Below, piece by piece: positions 11,735 to 20,796 of a stretch of 64,000 nt of DNA. The DNA comes from an uncultured Pseudomonas sp. (GTDB lineage Bacteria > Pseudomonadota > Gammaproteobacteria > Pseudomonadales > Pseudomonadaceae), in the NCBI GenBank assembly GCA_943914515.1, contig CALUCI010000003.1, positions 6,494 through 70,493 of the forward strand. Reading direction: 5' to 3'. Positions within the stretch are counted from its first letter, which is position 1; the number at the start of each line of letters is the position of its first letter. The notes beneath the pieces are model-generated. The model made no database searches. It was not told the origin of the DNA and saw nothing but the letters and a program-made list of their open reading frames with translations. Position numbers and translations under genes: made by a program.

Positions 11735-11973
11735 ATCCATCCCCTTCCCACTCGTTATCCGCTAAAGAAGAGTTACGGCATTTCGGGGCACCGCAACGCG
11801 GTCGCCCCTGCTAAGATTGCGCCCGCGCTCCGGCGCCCACTGGCGCAATGCCAGAAGCCTTTCGTACTTGCGCGCCCTTTTGCGCCTTCCTGTCGCCGTT
11901 CCGGGTTTTCAGTCATCGGTAGCCGCCGAACATAACGGCGCGCCCGCTGCAAACCCTCAAGGAGTTTTGCCGC

Positions 11974-14133
11974 ATGTTCCTGCAACGCCCCCGCCTGCCC
12001 CTCAGCCTGCTGACGCTCGGTCTTGCCCTGAGCACGCCTTTCGCCTTCGCCCAGAGCAACGTGACGCTGGCCCCGGTCACGGTTTCCGACACCCAGAACG
12101 ACGGTTATCAGTCGCGCCAGGCCCAGGTGGCCGGGTTCGCGCCGGCGCCGCTGCTCGACACCCCGGCTTCGGTGTCGGTGTTCACCGAACAACTGCTGCA
12201 GGACCGCCAGGTGCGCCTGCTCAGCGAAGTGCTGCAGAGCGATGCCTCGGTGGGCGACAGCTATGCGCCCGTCGGTTACTACGAGAACTTCAGCGTGCGC
12301 GGATTCAGCCTGGACGCGGCGCACAGCTACAAGATCAACGGTCAGACCATCACCGGCGAGCAGAATGTCGCGCTGGAGAACAAGCAGCAGGTGGAACTGC
12401 TCAAAGGGCTGTCGGGGCTGCAAAGCGGCGTGTCCGAACCCGGTGGCGTGATCAACTACGTGACCAAACGCCCGCAGGACGTGCGCTCGGTCACGGTATC
12501 GAGCAACGAGCAGGGCGAGCGTTACATCGCCACTGACCTGGGCGGCTGGTTCGGCAGCGAACGGCAGTTCGGCCTGCGCACCAACCTCGCCCATGAGGAC
12601 ATCCGCAGCTACATCGACCACGCCGACGGCCAGCGTGATTTCGCCTCCCTTGCCTTCGACTGGCAGATGAGTCCCGATGCCCTGCTGCAACTGGATGTCG
12701 AATACCAGAACCGCAAGCAGCGCTCGGTGCCGGGTTACCAGTTGCTCGGCAACGACAGCCTGCCCCACGGCATCGACCCGGATGACCGACTGGCCTACCA
12801 GCCGTGGGCCAACCCGGTGAAGATGGATTCGCTGAACCTCGGCGGGCGTTTCGAGTACCGCTTCAACGATGCCTGGACCGGCAGCGTCAGCGCCTCGCGC
12901 AGCCGGGTGGTGATCGATGACTACAGCTCGTTTGCCTGGGGTTGCTATGGCTCGGCCAGTTGCGCAAGCAGCACGGTGCCGAACTACTTCAGCGCCGAAG
13001 GCGACTACGACATCTATGACTTCCGCAGCCCCGACGACACCCGTCGCACTGATGAAGCCCAGGCGCAACTCACCGGCAACTTCCAGGCCTTCGGCGTTGG
13101 CCATGAACTGACCTTTGGCAGCAGCGCCCAGCGCCGCACCGTCGATCAGCGACCGACCTTCAACAACTTCATTGGCAGCGGCAACATCTATCAGCCGACC
13201 CCGGCACTGGAACCGTTCGACGGCGTGCCGGGCCACACCGAACGGCGCCTCGACAGCCGCCAGTACGGCCTGTTCGCCAGCGATCGGATCAGCTTCGACG
13301 AACACTGGCAGAGCGTGCTCGGCGCCCGCCTGGTGCGCCTGGATGAAAAAGCCTTCGACGAGGCCGGCGACCTGCGCCGCCAGACCCGCCAGTACGAGTT
13401 GCTGCCCAACGCTGCGCTGATCTACAAGCCGCGCGCGGATATCTCCCTGTACGCCAGCTACAGCAAGGGCCTTTCGTCCGGCGGCGCTGCGCCATGGTTT
13501 GCCCTGAACAACCAGGACATCCTCGCCCCGACCACCTCGCACCAGATCGAACTGGGGATCAAGCGGGACTGGCAACGCATGAGCTTGAGTGCCGCGCTGT
13601 TCCAGTTGCGCCAGGCCTATCAGTACGCGCAACCAGATAGCGCTGGCAACTTCACCTGGGTTCAGCAAGGCCAGCAGAAGAACATCGGCCTGGAACTGGC
13701 CGCCAGCGGCTGGGTGACTTCGGACCTGCAGCTCAACGCTAGCGCCGCAGCCATCCGCGCCCGGGTAAAAGGCAGCGGCACCGATGCCTACGATGACCAC
13801 CAGGCGCTCAACGTGCCGCGCCTTCGCACCGCACTGCAGGCCGACTACAGCGTGCCGGGCGTTGCCGGCCTGGCCTTGCTTGGCGGCGTACGCTACAGCG
13901 CCAGCAAATACGCCAATTACGCGGGCACGGTGGAAACCGGCGGCTACACGGTGTTCGACATCGGCAGCCGCTACCGCACGCGCATCGCGGGCTACGACAC
14001 AGTGTTGCGACTGACTGTGGATAACCTCTTCGACCGCCGCTACTGGCGCGACGCTGGGGAGTATCTGGGGGATGGCTACCTGTTCCAGGGCGCACCACGC
14101 ACTGCGCGGGTCTCGGCGTCGGTGAATTTCTGA
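11974..14133 (+). CDS. TonB-dependent outer membrane receptor
   Basis: Signal peptide, TLAPVTVS TonB-box-like segment, plug motifs (VELLKG, PGGVINYVTKRP), C-terminal NLFDRRY...SVNF; AAGGAG SD. Confidence 0.93.
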   Translation: MFLQRPRLPLSLLTLGLALSTPFAFAQSNVTLAPVTVSDTQNDGYQSRQAQVAGFAPAPLLDTPASVSVFTEQLLQDRQVRLLSEVLQSDASVGDSYAPVGYYENFSVRGFSLDAAHSYKINGQTITGEQNVALENKQQVELLKGLSGLQSGVSEPGGVINYVTKRPQDVRSVTVSSNEQGERYIATDLGGWFGSERQFGLRTNLAHEDIRSYIDHADGQRDFASLAFDWQMSPDALLQLDVEYQNRKQRSVPGYQLLGNDSLPHGIDPDDRLAYQPWANPVKMDSLNLGGRFEYRFNDAWTGSVSASRSRVVIDDYSSFAWGCYGSASCASSTVPNYFSAEGDYDIYDFRSPDDTRRTDEAQAQLTGNFQAFGVGHELTFGSSAQRRTVDQRPTFNNFIGSGNIYQPTPALEPFDGVPGHTERRLDSRQYGLFASDRISFDEHWQSVLGARLVRLDEKAFDEAGDLRRQTRQYELLPNAALIYKPRADISLYASYSKGLSSGGAAPWFALNNQDILAPTTSHQIELGIKRDWQRMSLSAALFQLRQAYQYAQPDSAGNFTWVQQGQQKNIGLELAASGWVTSDLQLNASAAAIRARVKGSGTDAYDDHQALNVPRLRTALQADYSVPGVAGLALLGGVRYSASKYANYAGTVETGGYTVFDIGSRYRTRIAGYDTVLRLTVDNLFDRRYWRDAGEYLGDGYLFQGAPRTARVSASVNF

Positions 14134-14142
14134 AAGCAGAGG

Positions 14143-14166
14143 TCGCGGGCCGGATCCGGCCCGCGA
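14143..14166. repeat. Perfect 24-bp palindrome (possible collapsed REP doublet or terminator)
   Basis: TCGCGGGCCGGATCCGGCCCGCGA equals its own reverse complement. Confidence 0.7.
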
Positions 14167-14770
14167 TAGACACTTGCCGCGTTAGGTGTACTGCTCCGGT
14201 GCAGGGCGCCGAACGCGAGTTTTTTGACAAGCTCATGTCAACACCAATCCATTTGAATGTAAGCGGCTATGGCATCCCTCCAAACCTGCGTCCTTTCGAA
14301 CAGGTTCTGACCGTGAAAAAAATTCATTAATGAAAGCGGCTGGAGCCGATGTTTTCGGCAGAGGTCAGCAACATCCGCTCGTACAGTTAGTACTACAGTA
14401 GGGCCGCCCCCACAGCGGAGCCTGTACCGCCTCCACCAGAGTGCCTCGCCTGTGGCTTGAATCAGGTTTTCTCCGTGAACGAAACGTTAAAGCTGCACCG
14501 CCCCAATCGCAGAACTTGCCGAGGAAAACTGAGCACGGCACTTTCAACCTGAGCGTGTCGCGCGACGGCGACTTTGTCGACAATTCCTACAACAAAACCA
14601 TCTAGAACCCACAAGAATTATTGTGTAGTATTTTGCGAGCCCGGCTGGAGCGGAAAAAGTTCCAATACGCCTCTCTTTCGTACAACAATGTTTTATCAAG
14701 GCATTTAAAAATATTTGTAAAATTTTGGAAATATGGAAGCCCGGCATTGACCCAAAAAATCACAACCGCC

Positions 14771-16315
14771 ATGCCCACGGCTGTCTATCTGATCTCCTAT
14801 GCAATCACCACATTGCTGGCCGCCACGCTTTACTTGATGCCTGGCGGTGCTGAATACATTACCAATCGAGGTACTGTGTTAGCAGAAAAAGCCTTTCAGA
14901 TGATAGGTTCACCTACCTACCTGATACTGCTCTATCTTCCGGTCGTTATTGTTCCTCCAGTCGCGTGGCTGACAATAAGGCTGCTGCAAAAACCTGCGAG
15001 AATATTGCAGAAAGTTTTGCCGCTGGAGTTGCATATAGTTACGCCGGTACTTTGGGCCATCGCAGCGATCAGTATCGTCTATTGCACCCTGACACTGCAT
15101 TACGCCGGAGCTCTGGATACCGGCTTGCTGTCTGACGGTGACTATATTTCAAAAACGACGCGCAGGCTTGATCTACTGAAGGAGCTGGGTTTTACCTTCT
15201 TTGCATTTGCCTATGGCATCAACCTGATCGTCCCTATCATGGCGTTCATCGCCTATGTCATGCAAGGCGGAAAAGCCAGAGACCTGGCACTGTTCATCGT
15301 GTCCTTTGCATTCTTCCTATTCACCATCACTGCCACTTATTCAAAAGCGCAGATTCTCGTCTATCTGATCATGATGGGTGTCGCGTTCGTTATCACCCGG
15401 GCAAAATTCAAATACGTCGCAATTGTGAGTTCGGTTTCGGTGTTGACTTTCATTCTTACGGGCTACGCAATGAATCCCCCCGCGCCCAATGCCGGCACGA
15501 CGCAAGAAAGCTCTGCGCAGCGACCAAAGAGCATGGAAATAATAGTAACTACCGACTTTGTCGCACCTTCAACTGTTCTGACCTACGGGGTTTCCTCTGC
15601 TGTTAATTCGGCAGACCAAACGAACGCTAAAGATCCGCAGGCCGAGGAACATCAAGCTCGCCCGAAACAAGCAAACGACCAAAGCGTCGCAATGGAAATA
15701 CCTGTCACCCTGGCCAATCTGGGGGTTTTGCCTGTACCACAGATCGGAGCCAGGATTCAGCCCAGTGAACCCAAGGCCAAACAATCTTCGGTGACGGTGG
15801 ACGGCGGCCATATCATGTCCTACGTGAAACGGCTTTCTGGAGACGCGCTGCACCGCATGGCAGCAGCCACGCCGTTCTACGTTGCAATGTTCGAAAGCGA
15901 GTCAGAGCGCTGCGGCATCCAGGGCAACCTTGTGCGCGAGTTGCTCGCCATGCCGGAAGCCAAATGCGTGCTGCCAATCAAAGTGTTCAACGCGATGTAC
16001 CCGCAAGTAAGCTGGGCACAAGGTCAACAACCCGCGCCTGCGACCCTTTCTGCTTATGGTGAACTCGGCCTGTGGTGGTCGATTTGCGTGATGGTGCTGT
16101 GCGGACTGTTTCTTGGCATCCTCGGAACAATCGGCGGTCTGAGCCCCAGTCCGCTATTCATTGGATTCACTGTAGCCGCCTGCTCGTTCGCCTACTATCT
16201 GACCCAAGTATCCATCATTGCCAGCTTCACATACCCACACGGTATCTTCGCCTCAATGATTCCGATTGCAGTGCTTCTTGCCGCAGCGTTGATAAAGCGA
16301 CGCGCCAAAGCCTGA
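14771..16315 (+). CDS. Polytopic membrane protein, putative Wzy-like O-antigen/polysaccharide polymerase
   Basis: About 10-11 hydrophobic segments, a long soluble loop, then SAYGELGLWW resembling the Y-x-(D/E)-(F/L)-G motif after the large loop of Wzy/WaaL-type proteins. Start uncertain (in-frame TTG 14621 or 14747, ATG 14771). Confidence 0.5.
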   Translation: MPTAVYLISYAITTLLAATLYLMPGGAEYITNRGTVLAEKAFQMIGSPTYLILLYLPVVIVPPVAWLTIRLLQKPARILQKVLPLELHIVTPVLWAIAAISIVYCTLTLHYAGALDTGLLSDGDYISKTTRRLDLLKELGFTFFAFAYGINLIVPIMAFIAYVMQGGKARDLALFIVSFAFFLFTITATYSKAQILVYLIMMGVAFVITRAKFKYVAIVSSVSVLTFILTGYAMNPPAPNAGTTQESSAQRPKSMEIIVTTDFVAPSTVLTYGVSSAVNSADQTNAKDPQAEEHQARPKQANDQSVAMEIPVTLANLGVLPVPQIGARIQPSEPKAKQSSVTVDGGHIMSYVKRLSGDALHRMAAATPFYVAMFESESERCGIQGNLVRELLAMPEAKCVLPIKVFNAMYPQVSWAQGQQPAPATLSAYGELGLWWSICVMVLCGLFLGILGTIGGLSPSPLFIGFTVAACSFAYYLTQVSIIASFTYPHGIFASMIPIAVLLAAALIKRRAKA

Positions 16316-16333
16316 TCGGTATCACGCCAATAG

Positions 16334-16368
16334 AACGATGCCAGTCACGCAGACTGGCATCGTTTTTT
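16334..16368 (+). terminator. Intrinsic terminator after the Wzy-like gene
   Basis: AACGATGCCAGTC-ACGCA-GACTGGCATCGTT followed by a T-run. Confidence 0.8.
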
Positions 16369-16463
16369 CACCTCAAACACGTCGCCGAATGGCACGACCG
16401 CCAATAAATGACCGAAGCGTCTCGTTTTTGGCAGTGTCAGGATGCCTCACAGAAGACTGATGC

Positions 16464-18425
16464 CTATCTGAAGAGATCAGAAAGCCCGAGCTCGTCGAGC
16501 GACTCGCGCTTGTTTTTCGAAAGATCCGCAAAAACCGATTTAACAAATCTGGCGCTCAGATGATTCCAGTCCGTCATGAAGGGAACACCCTCACTGCTGA
16601 CAGGGCACTGAAACTTATTGTACCCGCACAATAGCTCGATTATGTCCACCAGCGTATATTTCGGATATTCATCAACTGCAGCCGCGGCGTAATCTGCCAG
16701 CCTGGAAGTCGGGTACGATGACTTTTCAAGGCATGCCTCAGCCCCGCGAAAAGAGGAGAACATCTCCCCCATGCAGGTGCCGGATTCGATTGAATCAAAT
16801 TGGTAATAATTTCCGAATATATACAGCTTCGCATTCGATCGCGATTGGAGGCGACGGAGCAACTCGTACCTGAACATATTCGAGCGATATTCGAAAGGCC
16901 GATGCGCCACAAACAATATCTTGCTGATCGATTTCAGCAACACCTCATCATTGACCACGCGCTGCAGATTATCGCAACCCTGCTTATACATTTCTCCCTT
17001 CGCCGGGGACTTGATGTAATCACCTTCAAAAGATACGTCGCACTCAAGGTAGGTAGCAGAAATCACCCGGTACTTCGAGTGATCCACATTTTCGTTGATA
17101 CCGATTGACCAATTGTATTCATAGGAGTCGCCAATCACCAGAATGGTATCCGCCGGAGCGGAAGTGCTTTTATACAGATCACTTTTCTGAGTATCGAAGC
17201 TATGCGTGTACCACAGCGCCCGCTCAACCCCCTGAGCTTCCAGGCTATAGAACTTGTCGGCTCGACCTGGAAACCCTTCTGCCCGATGAGCACTGTATCC
17301 GACGCCCCCCAGAACCAGTGCGCCCGCAACTGCAGTCCCGATAACAAGTGATGACTTTCGAGCCCTCACCCGTCTTGCCGGGTTTTCGATAAACCTGAAT
17401 GTCAACATCGACAATGCAAATGTCAACGCAACCAGCGCTGCCACGGCGCCTGGCTCAAGGGAATGAGAAAACCGAATTTTTGCGAACGCCAATATTGGCT
17501 GATGCCAGAGGTAAGCGCTGTAGCTCAATACGCCTGCCCACAGCATGGGGCGCAGCGTCAGCAATCGATAAACCAGCGTTCCCGGCAGGGAGAATTGAAT
17601 GATCAAAGCGGTACCAATCACCACCGGCAACGCATACAACTCAGTCAGTGCCGTTGCACTGTCATACTTGAAAATCGGGATAACAACCAGAAGAAGCCCG
17701 ATCAGACTGCCAATATTCCCGACAATACGACTGCTCGACCTGAAACCAAGCAATGCCACCCACGCACCAACGAGAATTTCCCAGGCTCTTGCAGGCAATA
17801 AGTAAAAGGCGCCGACAGGATCCCGACCGGACAACCAGACAGAAAACACCGCACTGGCAACAAGCAGAAGAAGGATTGCCGGCACCATGATTTTTCGCCC
17901 CCACCGCCATAACAGCAGGAACAGCAAGGGAAAAAAAATGTAGTACTGCTCTTCTACAGCAAGGCTCCATGTATGCAATAACGGCTTGAGCTCCGCAGCC
18001 GTGTCGAAGTAGCCGCTCTGAAGCCAGAATAAAATATTGGAGCCGAATAAAATGGTTGAAATAACACTCTGGGAAAAATAATCCATTTCCCTGGGCGGAA
18101 GAAGGAACCAGGCCACTGCAGTGGAGACGGCCATTACCACCAGCAAGGCCGGCATTATCCTCTTTGCACGACGACTGTAGAACGAGGACAAGCTGAATAC
18201 GCCGGCATTTTTTTCCGACATTATGATAGAGGTAATCAAATAACCACTGATCACAAAGAAAACGTCGACTCCTACATAGCCCCCGCCAAAAACACTTAAA
18301 CCGGCATGAAACAAAATAACCGGAATAACTGCCAATGCCCGCAGCCCGTCAATGTCGGGTCGATACTTTGTAGGTGAGCACTGCAAAGCACCCAGCACTA
18401 CAGGTTTTTCGACCAGAGACGTCAT
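16464..18425 (-). CDS. Acyltransferase-3 + SGNH O-acetyltransferase (OafA/Oac-like)
   Basis: YRPDIDGLRALAV..V..FH, GVDVFFVISGY, HTWSLAVEEQYY, SYSAYLWHQP; C-terminal GDS and DWNH (DxxH) motifs intact; GGAG SD. Confidence 0.92.
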   Translation of the reverse strand: MTSLVEKPVVLGALQCSPTKYRPDIDGLRALAVIPVILFHAGLSVFGGGYVGVDVFFVISGYLITSIIMSEKNAGVFSLSSFYSRRAKRIMPALLVVMAVSTAVAWFLLPPREMDYFSQSVISTILFGSNILFWLQSGYFDTAAELKPLLHTWSLAVEEQYYIFFPLLFLLLWRWGRKIMVPAILLLLVASAVFSVWLSGRDPVGAFYLLPARAWEILVGAWVALLGFRSSSRIVGNIGSLIGLLLVVIPIFKYDSATALTELYALPVVIGTALIIQFSLPGTLVYRLLTLRPMLWAGVLSYSAYLWHQPILAFAKIRFSHSLEPGAVAALVALTFALSMLTFRFIENPARRVRARKSSLVIGTAVAGALVLGGVGYSAHRAEGFPGRADKFYSLEAQGVERALWYTHSFDTQKSDLYKSTSAPADTILVIGDSYEYNWSIGINENVDHSKYRVISATYLECDVSFEGDYIKSPAKGEMYKQGCDNLQRVVNDEVLLKSISKILFVAHRPFEYRSNMFRYELLRRLQSRSNAKLYIFGNYYQFDSIESGTCMGEMFSSFRGAEACLEKSSYPTSRLADYAAAAVDEYPKYTLVDIIELLCGYNKFQCPVSSEGVPFMTDWNHLSARFVKSVFADLSKNKRESLDELGLSDLFR

Positions 18426-18732
18426 TGTCAGGAAGCTCCTGGTTTTTATAGGGTTTCAGGCGGCAGCGCATTTTTGCACACAATTTCAGTGATGTAAAAA
18501 TGCCATACAACCGAGGGCGCAATCAGCGCTGCAACAAGAGAAACGCCATTTTAATGCCGCCAATTTATACTTCTGGCTAGATAGCCAAGAGCTGATAGTC
18601 CCGTTGACCAGATGTACCGGCTGAACATCCATTCGGATGTCGCGTCGGAGGACACCGCCAACTTCAGACTCTCCAGGGTGCTGAGGTGCTTTCGCCGCCT
18701 GACCAACCTCGCCGCAGCGGGTCGATGCGTCG

Positions 18733-18767
18733 AACCAGAAAACCGGAAAACCAGAAAACCAGAAAAC
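18733..18767. repeat. 8-bp tandem repeat (AACCAGAA, about 4.4 copies)
   Basis: AACCAGAA AACCGGAA AACCAGAA AACCAGAA AAC. Confidence 0.85.
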
Positions 18768-18806
18768 AAAAAACCCCTGAAAACGCTAGGTTTTCAGGGG
18801 TTTTCA
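18768..18806 (-). terminator. Intrinsic terminator of tRNA-Ser
   Basis: AAAACCCCTGAAAAC-GCTAG-GTTTTCAGGGGTTTT inverted repeat just downstream of the tRNA. Confidence 0.82.
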
Positions 18807-18818
18807 GTATTTCGAAAG

Positions 18819-18908
18819 TGGCGGTGAAGAAGGGATTCGAACCCTTGATACAGTTTCCTGTATACACACTTTCCAGGCGTGCTCCTTCAGCCACTCGGAC
18901 ACTTCACC
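18819..18908 (-). tRNA. tRNA-Ser (anticodon GGA)
   Basis: Reverse complement GGTGAAGTGTCCGAGTGGCTGAAGGAGCACGCCTGGAAAGTGTGTATACAGGAAACTGTATCAAGGGTTCGAATCCCTTCTTCACCGCCA: 90 nt, long variable arm, TTCGAA T-loop, CCA end. Confidence 0.97.
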
Positions 18909-18945
18909 GGATCTCTTCAAGCTGTTCAGCCTGTCGAGGCGCGCT

Positions 18946-18974
18946 AATGTAGTCGAAAGGCTTTCTGTTGGCAA
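18946..18974 (-). promoter_or_regulatory. sigma70 promoter of tRNA-Ser
   Basis: TTGCCA-17 bp-TACATT followed by a GC-rich discriminator. Confidence 0.7.
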
Positions 18975-19196
18975 AGGTTTTTTTCAGAATTTTCATGCGC
19001 TTAACGCAATCCGGCAAAAAACCGCGGCGGCGATGGCAATCTGGCCATTCTATAGAGTGCTTTGGCGGCATTGCGCAGCGTGCCCCCGCCGAACAAGGGC
19101 AGCAGGCAACTGAGTGACTACCCGGTCAGTCATCGTGCTTTACCTGACCAGAGTGGCTGGGTAACGTCTTGTCACTTCTATTAAAGGAACACCGTC

Positions 19197-19886
19197 ATGA
19201 GTGAGCTGATTACCTACCACCTCGAAGATGGCATCGCGACCCTGACCCTGAGCAACGGCAAGGTCAACGCGATTTCTCCCGACGTGATTGCCGCCTTCAA
19301 TGCCGCGCTGGACCGCGCCACCGAGGACCGCGCCGTGGTAATCGTCACCGGCCAGCCCGGCATCCTCTCCGGGGGCTACGACCTCAAGGTGATGACCGCC
19401 AGCCCGCAGTCCGCCATCTCGCTGGTCACCGCCGGCTCGACGCTGGCGCGGCGCATGCTCTCGCACCCGTTCCCGATCATCGTCGCCTGCCCCGGCCATG
19501 CCGTGGCCAAGGGCGCGTTCATCCTGCTCTCGGCCGACTACCGCATCGGTGTCGAGGGTCCGTTCAGCATTGGCCTGAATGAAGTGCAGATCGGCATGAC
19601 CATGCACCACGCCGGTATCGAACTGGCCCGCGATCGCTTGCGCCGTGCCGCCTTCCATCGCTCGGTGATCAACGCCGAGATGTTCGACCCGGTCAGCGCC
19701 GTCGACGCCGGCTTCCTCGACAAGGTCGTGCCCGCCGAGCAACTGCAGGAAGCCGCGCTGGCCGCCGCCCGCCAGTTGAAGAAGATCAACATGAACGCGC
19801 ACAAACACACCAAGCTGAAGGTGCGCAAGGCACTGCTGGAAACCCTCGACGACGCGATCATTCGCGACCAGGAACACCTCGGCTGA
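19197..19886 (+). CDS. Crotonase/enoyl-CoA hydratase family protein
   Basis: GKVNAI, SGGYDL, GHAVAKG, IGLNEVQIG. Confidence 0.9.
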   Translation: MSELITYHLEDGIATLTLSNGKVNAISPDVIAAFNAALDRATEDRAVVIVTGQPGILSGGYDLKVMTASPQSAISLVTAGSTLARRMLSHPFPIIVACPGHAVAKGAFILLSADYRIGVEGPFSIGLNEVQIGMTMHHAGIELARDRLRRAAFHRSVINAEMFDPVSAVDAGFLDKVVPAEQLQEAALAAARQLKKINMNAHKHTKLKVRKALLETLDDAIIRDQEHLG

Positions 19887-20008
19887 ACCCCGCCTGCCAG
19901 CCGGACGCCAGCGCGTCCGGCTCGGCCCCGTCCCACAGCACAAACGCCGTTTGCCGACACGGGTGCACAACCGTACACTGCCTCGCGTTTTTTCGAGTGA
20001 GTCGTACC

Positions 20009-20731
20009 ATGTTGTTTCTTCTTCGCATGCTCCTGTTGGGCGTGCACTTCGTTGTCGCGAGCTTCATCGGTGTACTCATCGGCCTGTGCCGCCCCTTCAA
20101 TCCTGACAACAGCCGCCTGTGCGCACGCCTCTATGCGTGGCCGTCAAGCTGGCTGCTGCACCTGAAAGTCGAGGCTGACGTCGGCCCGCTGTTCGACCAG
20201 CCCCCCGGCTGCGTGATCATCGCCAACCATCAGTCCAACTTCGACCTGTTCGTGCTTGGCCACGTCGTGCCGCCGCGCACCGTGTGCATCGGCAAGAAGA
20301 GCCTCGGCTGGATTCCGCTGTTCGGCCAGTTGTTCTGGCTGGCCGGCAATGTGCTGATCGACCGTGGCAACGCCTACCAGGCACGACGCGCCATCCAGAC
20401 CACCACCCGCACACTGCAGGAACAGAACACTTCGATCTGGATTTTCCCGGAAGGCACGCGCAACCCGGATGAGCAACTGCACGACTTCAAGAAAGGCGCC
20501 TTTCACATGGCCATAGATGCCGGCGTGCCGATCGTCCCGGTGTGTGTCAGCCGCTACGCCAAACGCCTGAACCTCAATGGCTGGCGCCGCGAGACGGTGA
20601 TCATCCGTTCGCTGCCACCGATTGCCACTGCCGGCCTGACGCAACAGGACATCCCCGCCCTGGTCGAGCAATGCCGCAGCCAGATGCAGACCTGCATCGA
20701 CCTGATGGATCGCGAGCGCCAACGCGGCTGA
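20009..20731 (+). CDS. 1-acyl-sn-glycerol-3-phosphate acyltransferase (PlsC family)
   Basis: NHQSNFD and FPEGTRN motifs. Confidence 0.92.
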   Translation: MLFLLRMLLLGVHFVVASFIGVLIGLCRPFNPDNSRLCARLYAWPSSWLLHLKVEADVGPLFDQPPGCVIIANHQSNFDLFVLGHVVPPRTVCIGKKSLGWIPLFGQLFWLAGNVLIDRGNAYQARRAIQTTTRTLQEQNTSIWIFPEGTRNPDEQLHDFKKGAFHMAIDAGVPIVPVCVSRYAKRLNLNGWRRETVIIRSLPPIATAGLTQQDIPALVEQCRSQMQTCIDLMDRERQRG

Positions 20732-20796
20732 GCAGTTGCCGATTCGGCAAGGTCAGACCAAGCTGCACACACGTTAAATCGCGGAAGTGGACAACC

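Larger units (their letters stand above)
14170..18818. other. Lower-GC accessory islet at the tRNA-Ser 3' end
   Basis: By eye, visibly more AT-rich with many A/T-ending codons than the flanks; abuts the tRNA CCA end; no integrase or att duplication seen; left boundary approximate. Confidence 0.7.

Noticed and set aside
11800..11973. TPP, cobalamin or FMN riboswitch before the receptor
   Set aside because: Conserved core sequences of these aptamers were not found by eye.
11773..13800. 675-aa minus-strand ORF
   Set aside because: Antisense shadow of the TonB receptor, typical of high-GC codon bias; no motifs.
14235..14330. 31-aa ORF (MSTPIHLNVSGYGIPPNLRPFEQVLTVKKIH) as an Iap-like inhibitor
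   Set aside because: No hydrophobic helix and no SD; only the length fits.
14134..14770. attL/attR copy of the tRNA 3' end or an integrase remnant; GTACAGTTAGTACTACAGTAG at 14381-14401 as arm sites
   Set aside because: No match to TGGCGGTGAAGAAGGGATTCGA found, no recombinase-like frame, and the short repeat could be chance.
18664..18952. Short track ORFs across the tRNA
   Set aside because: They overlap tRNA-Ser and its terminator.
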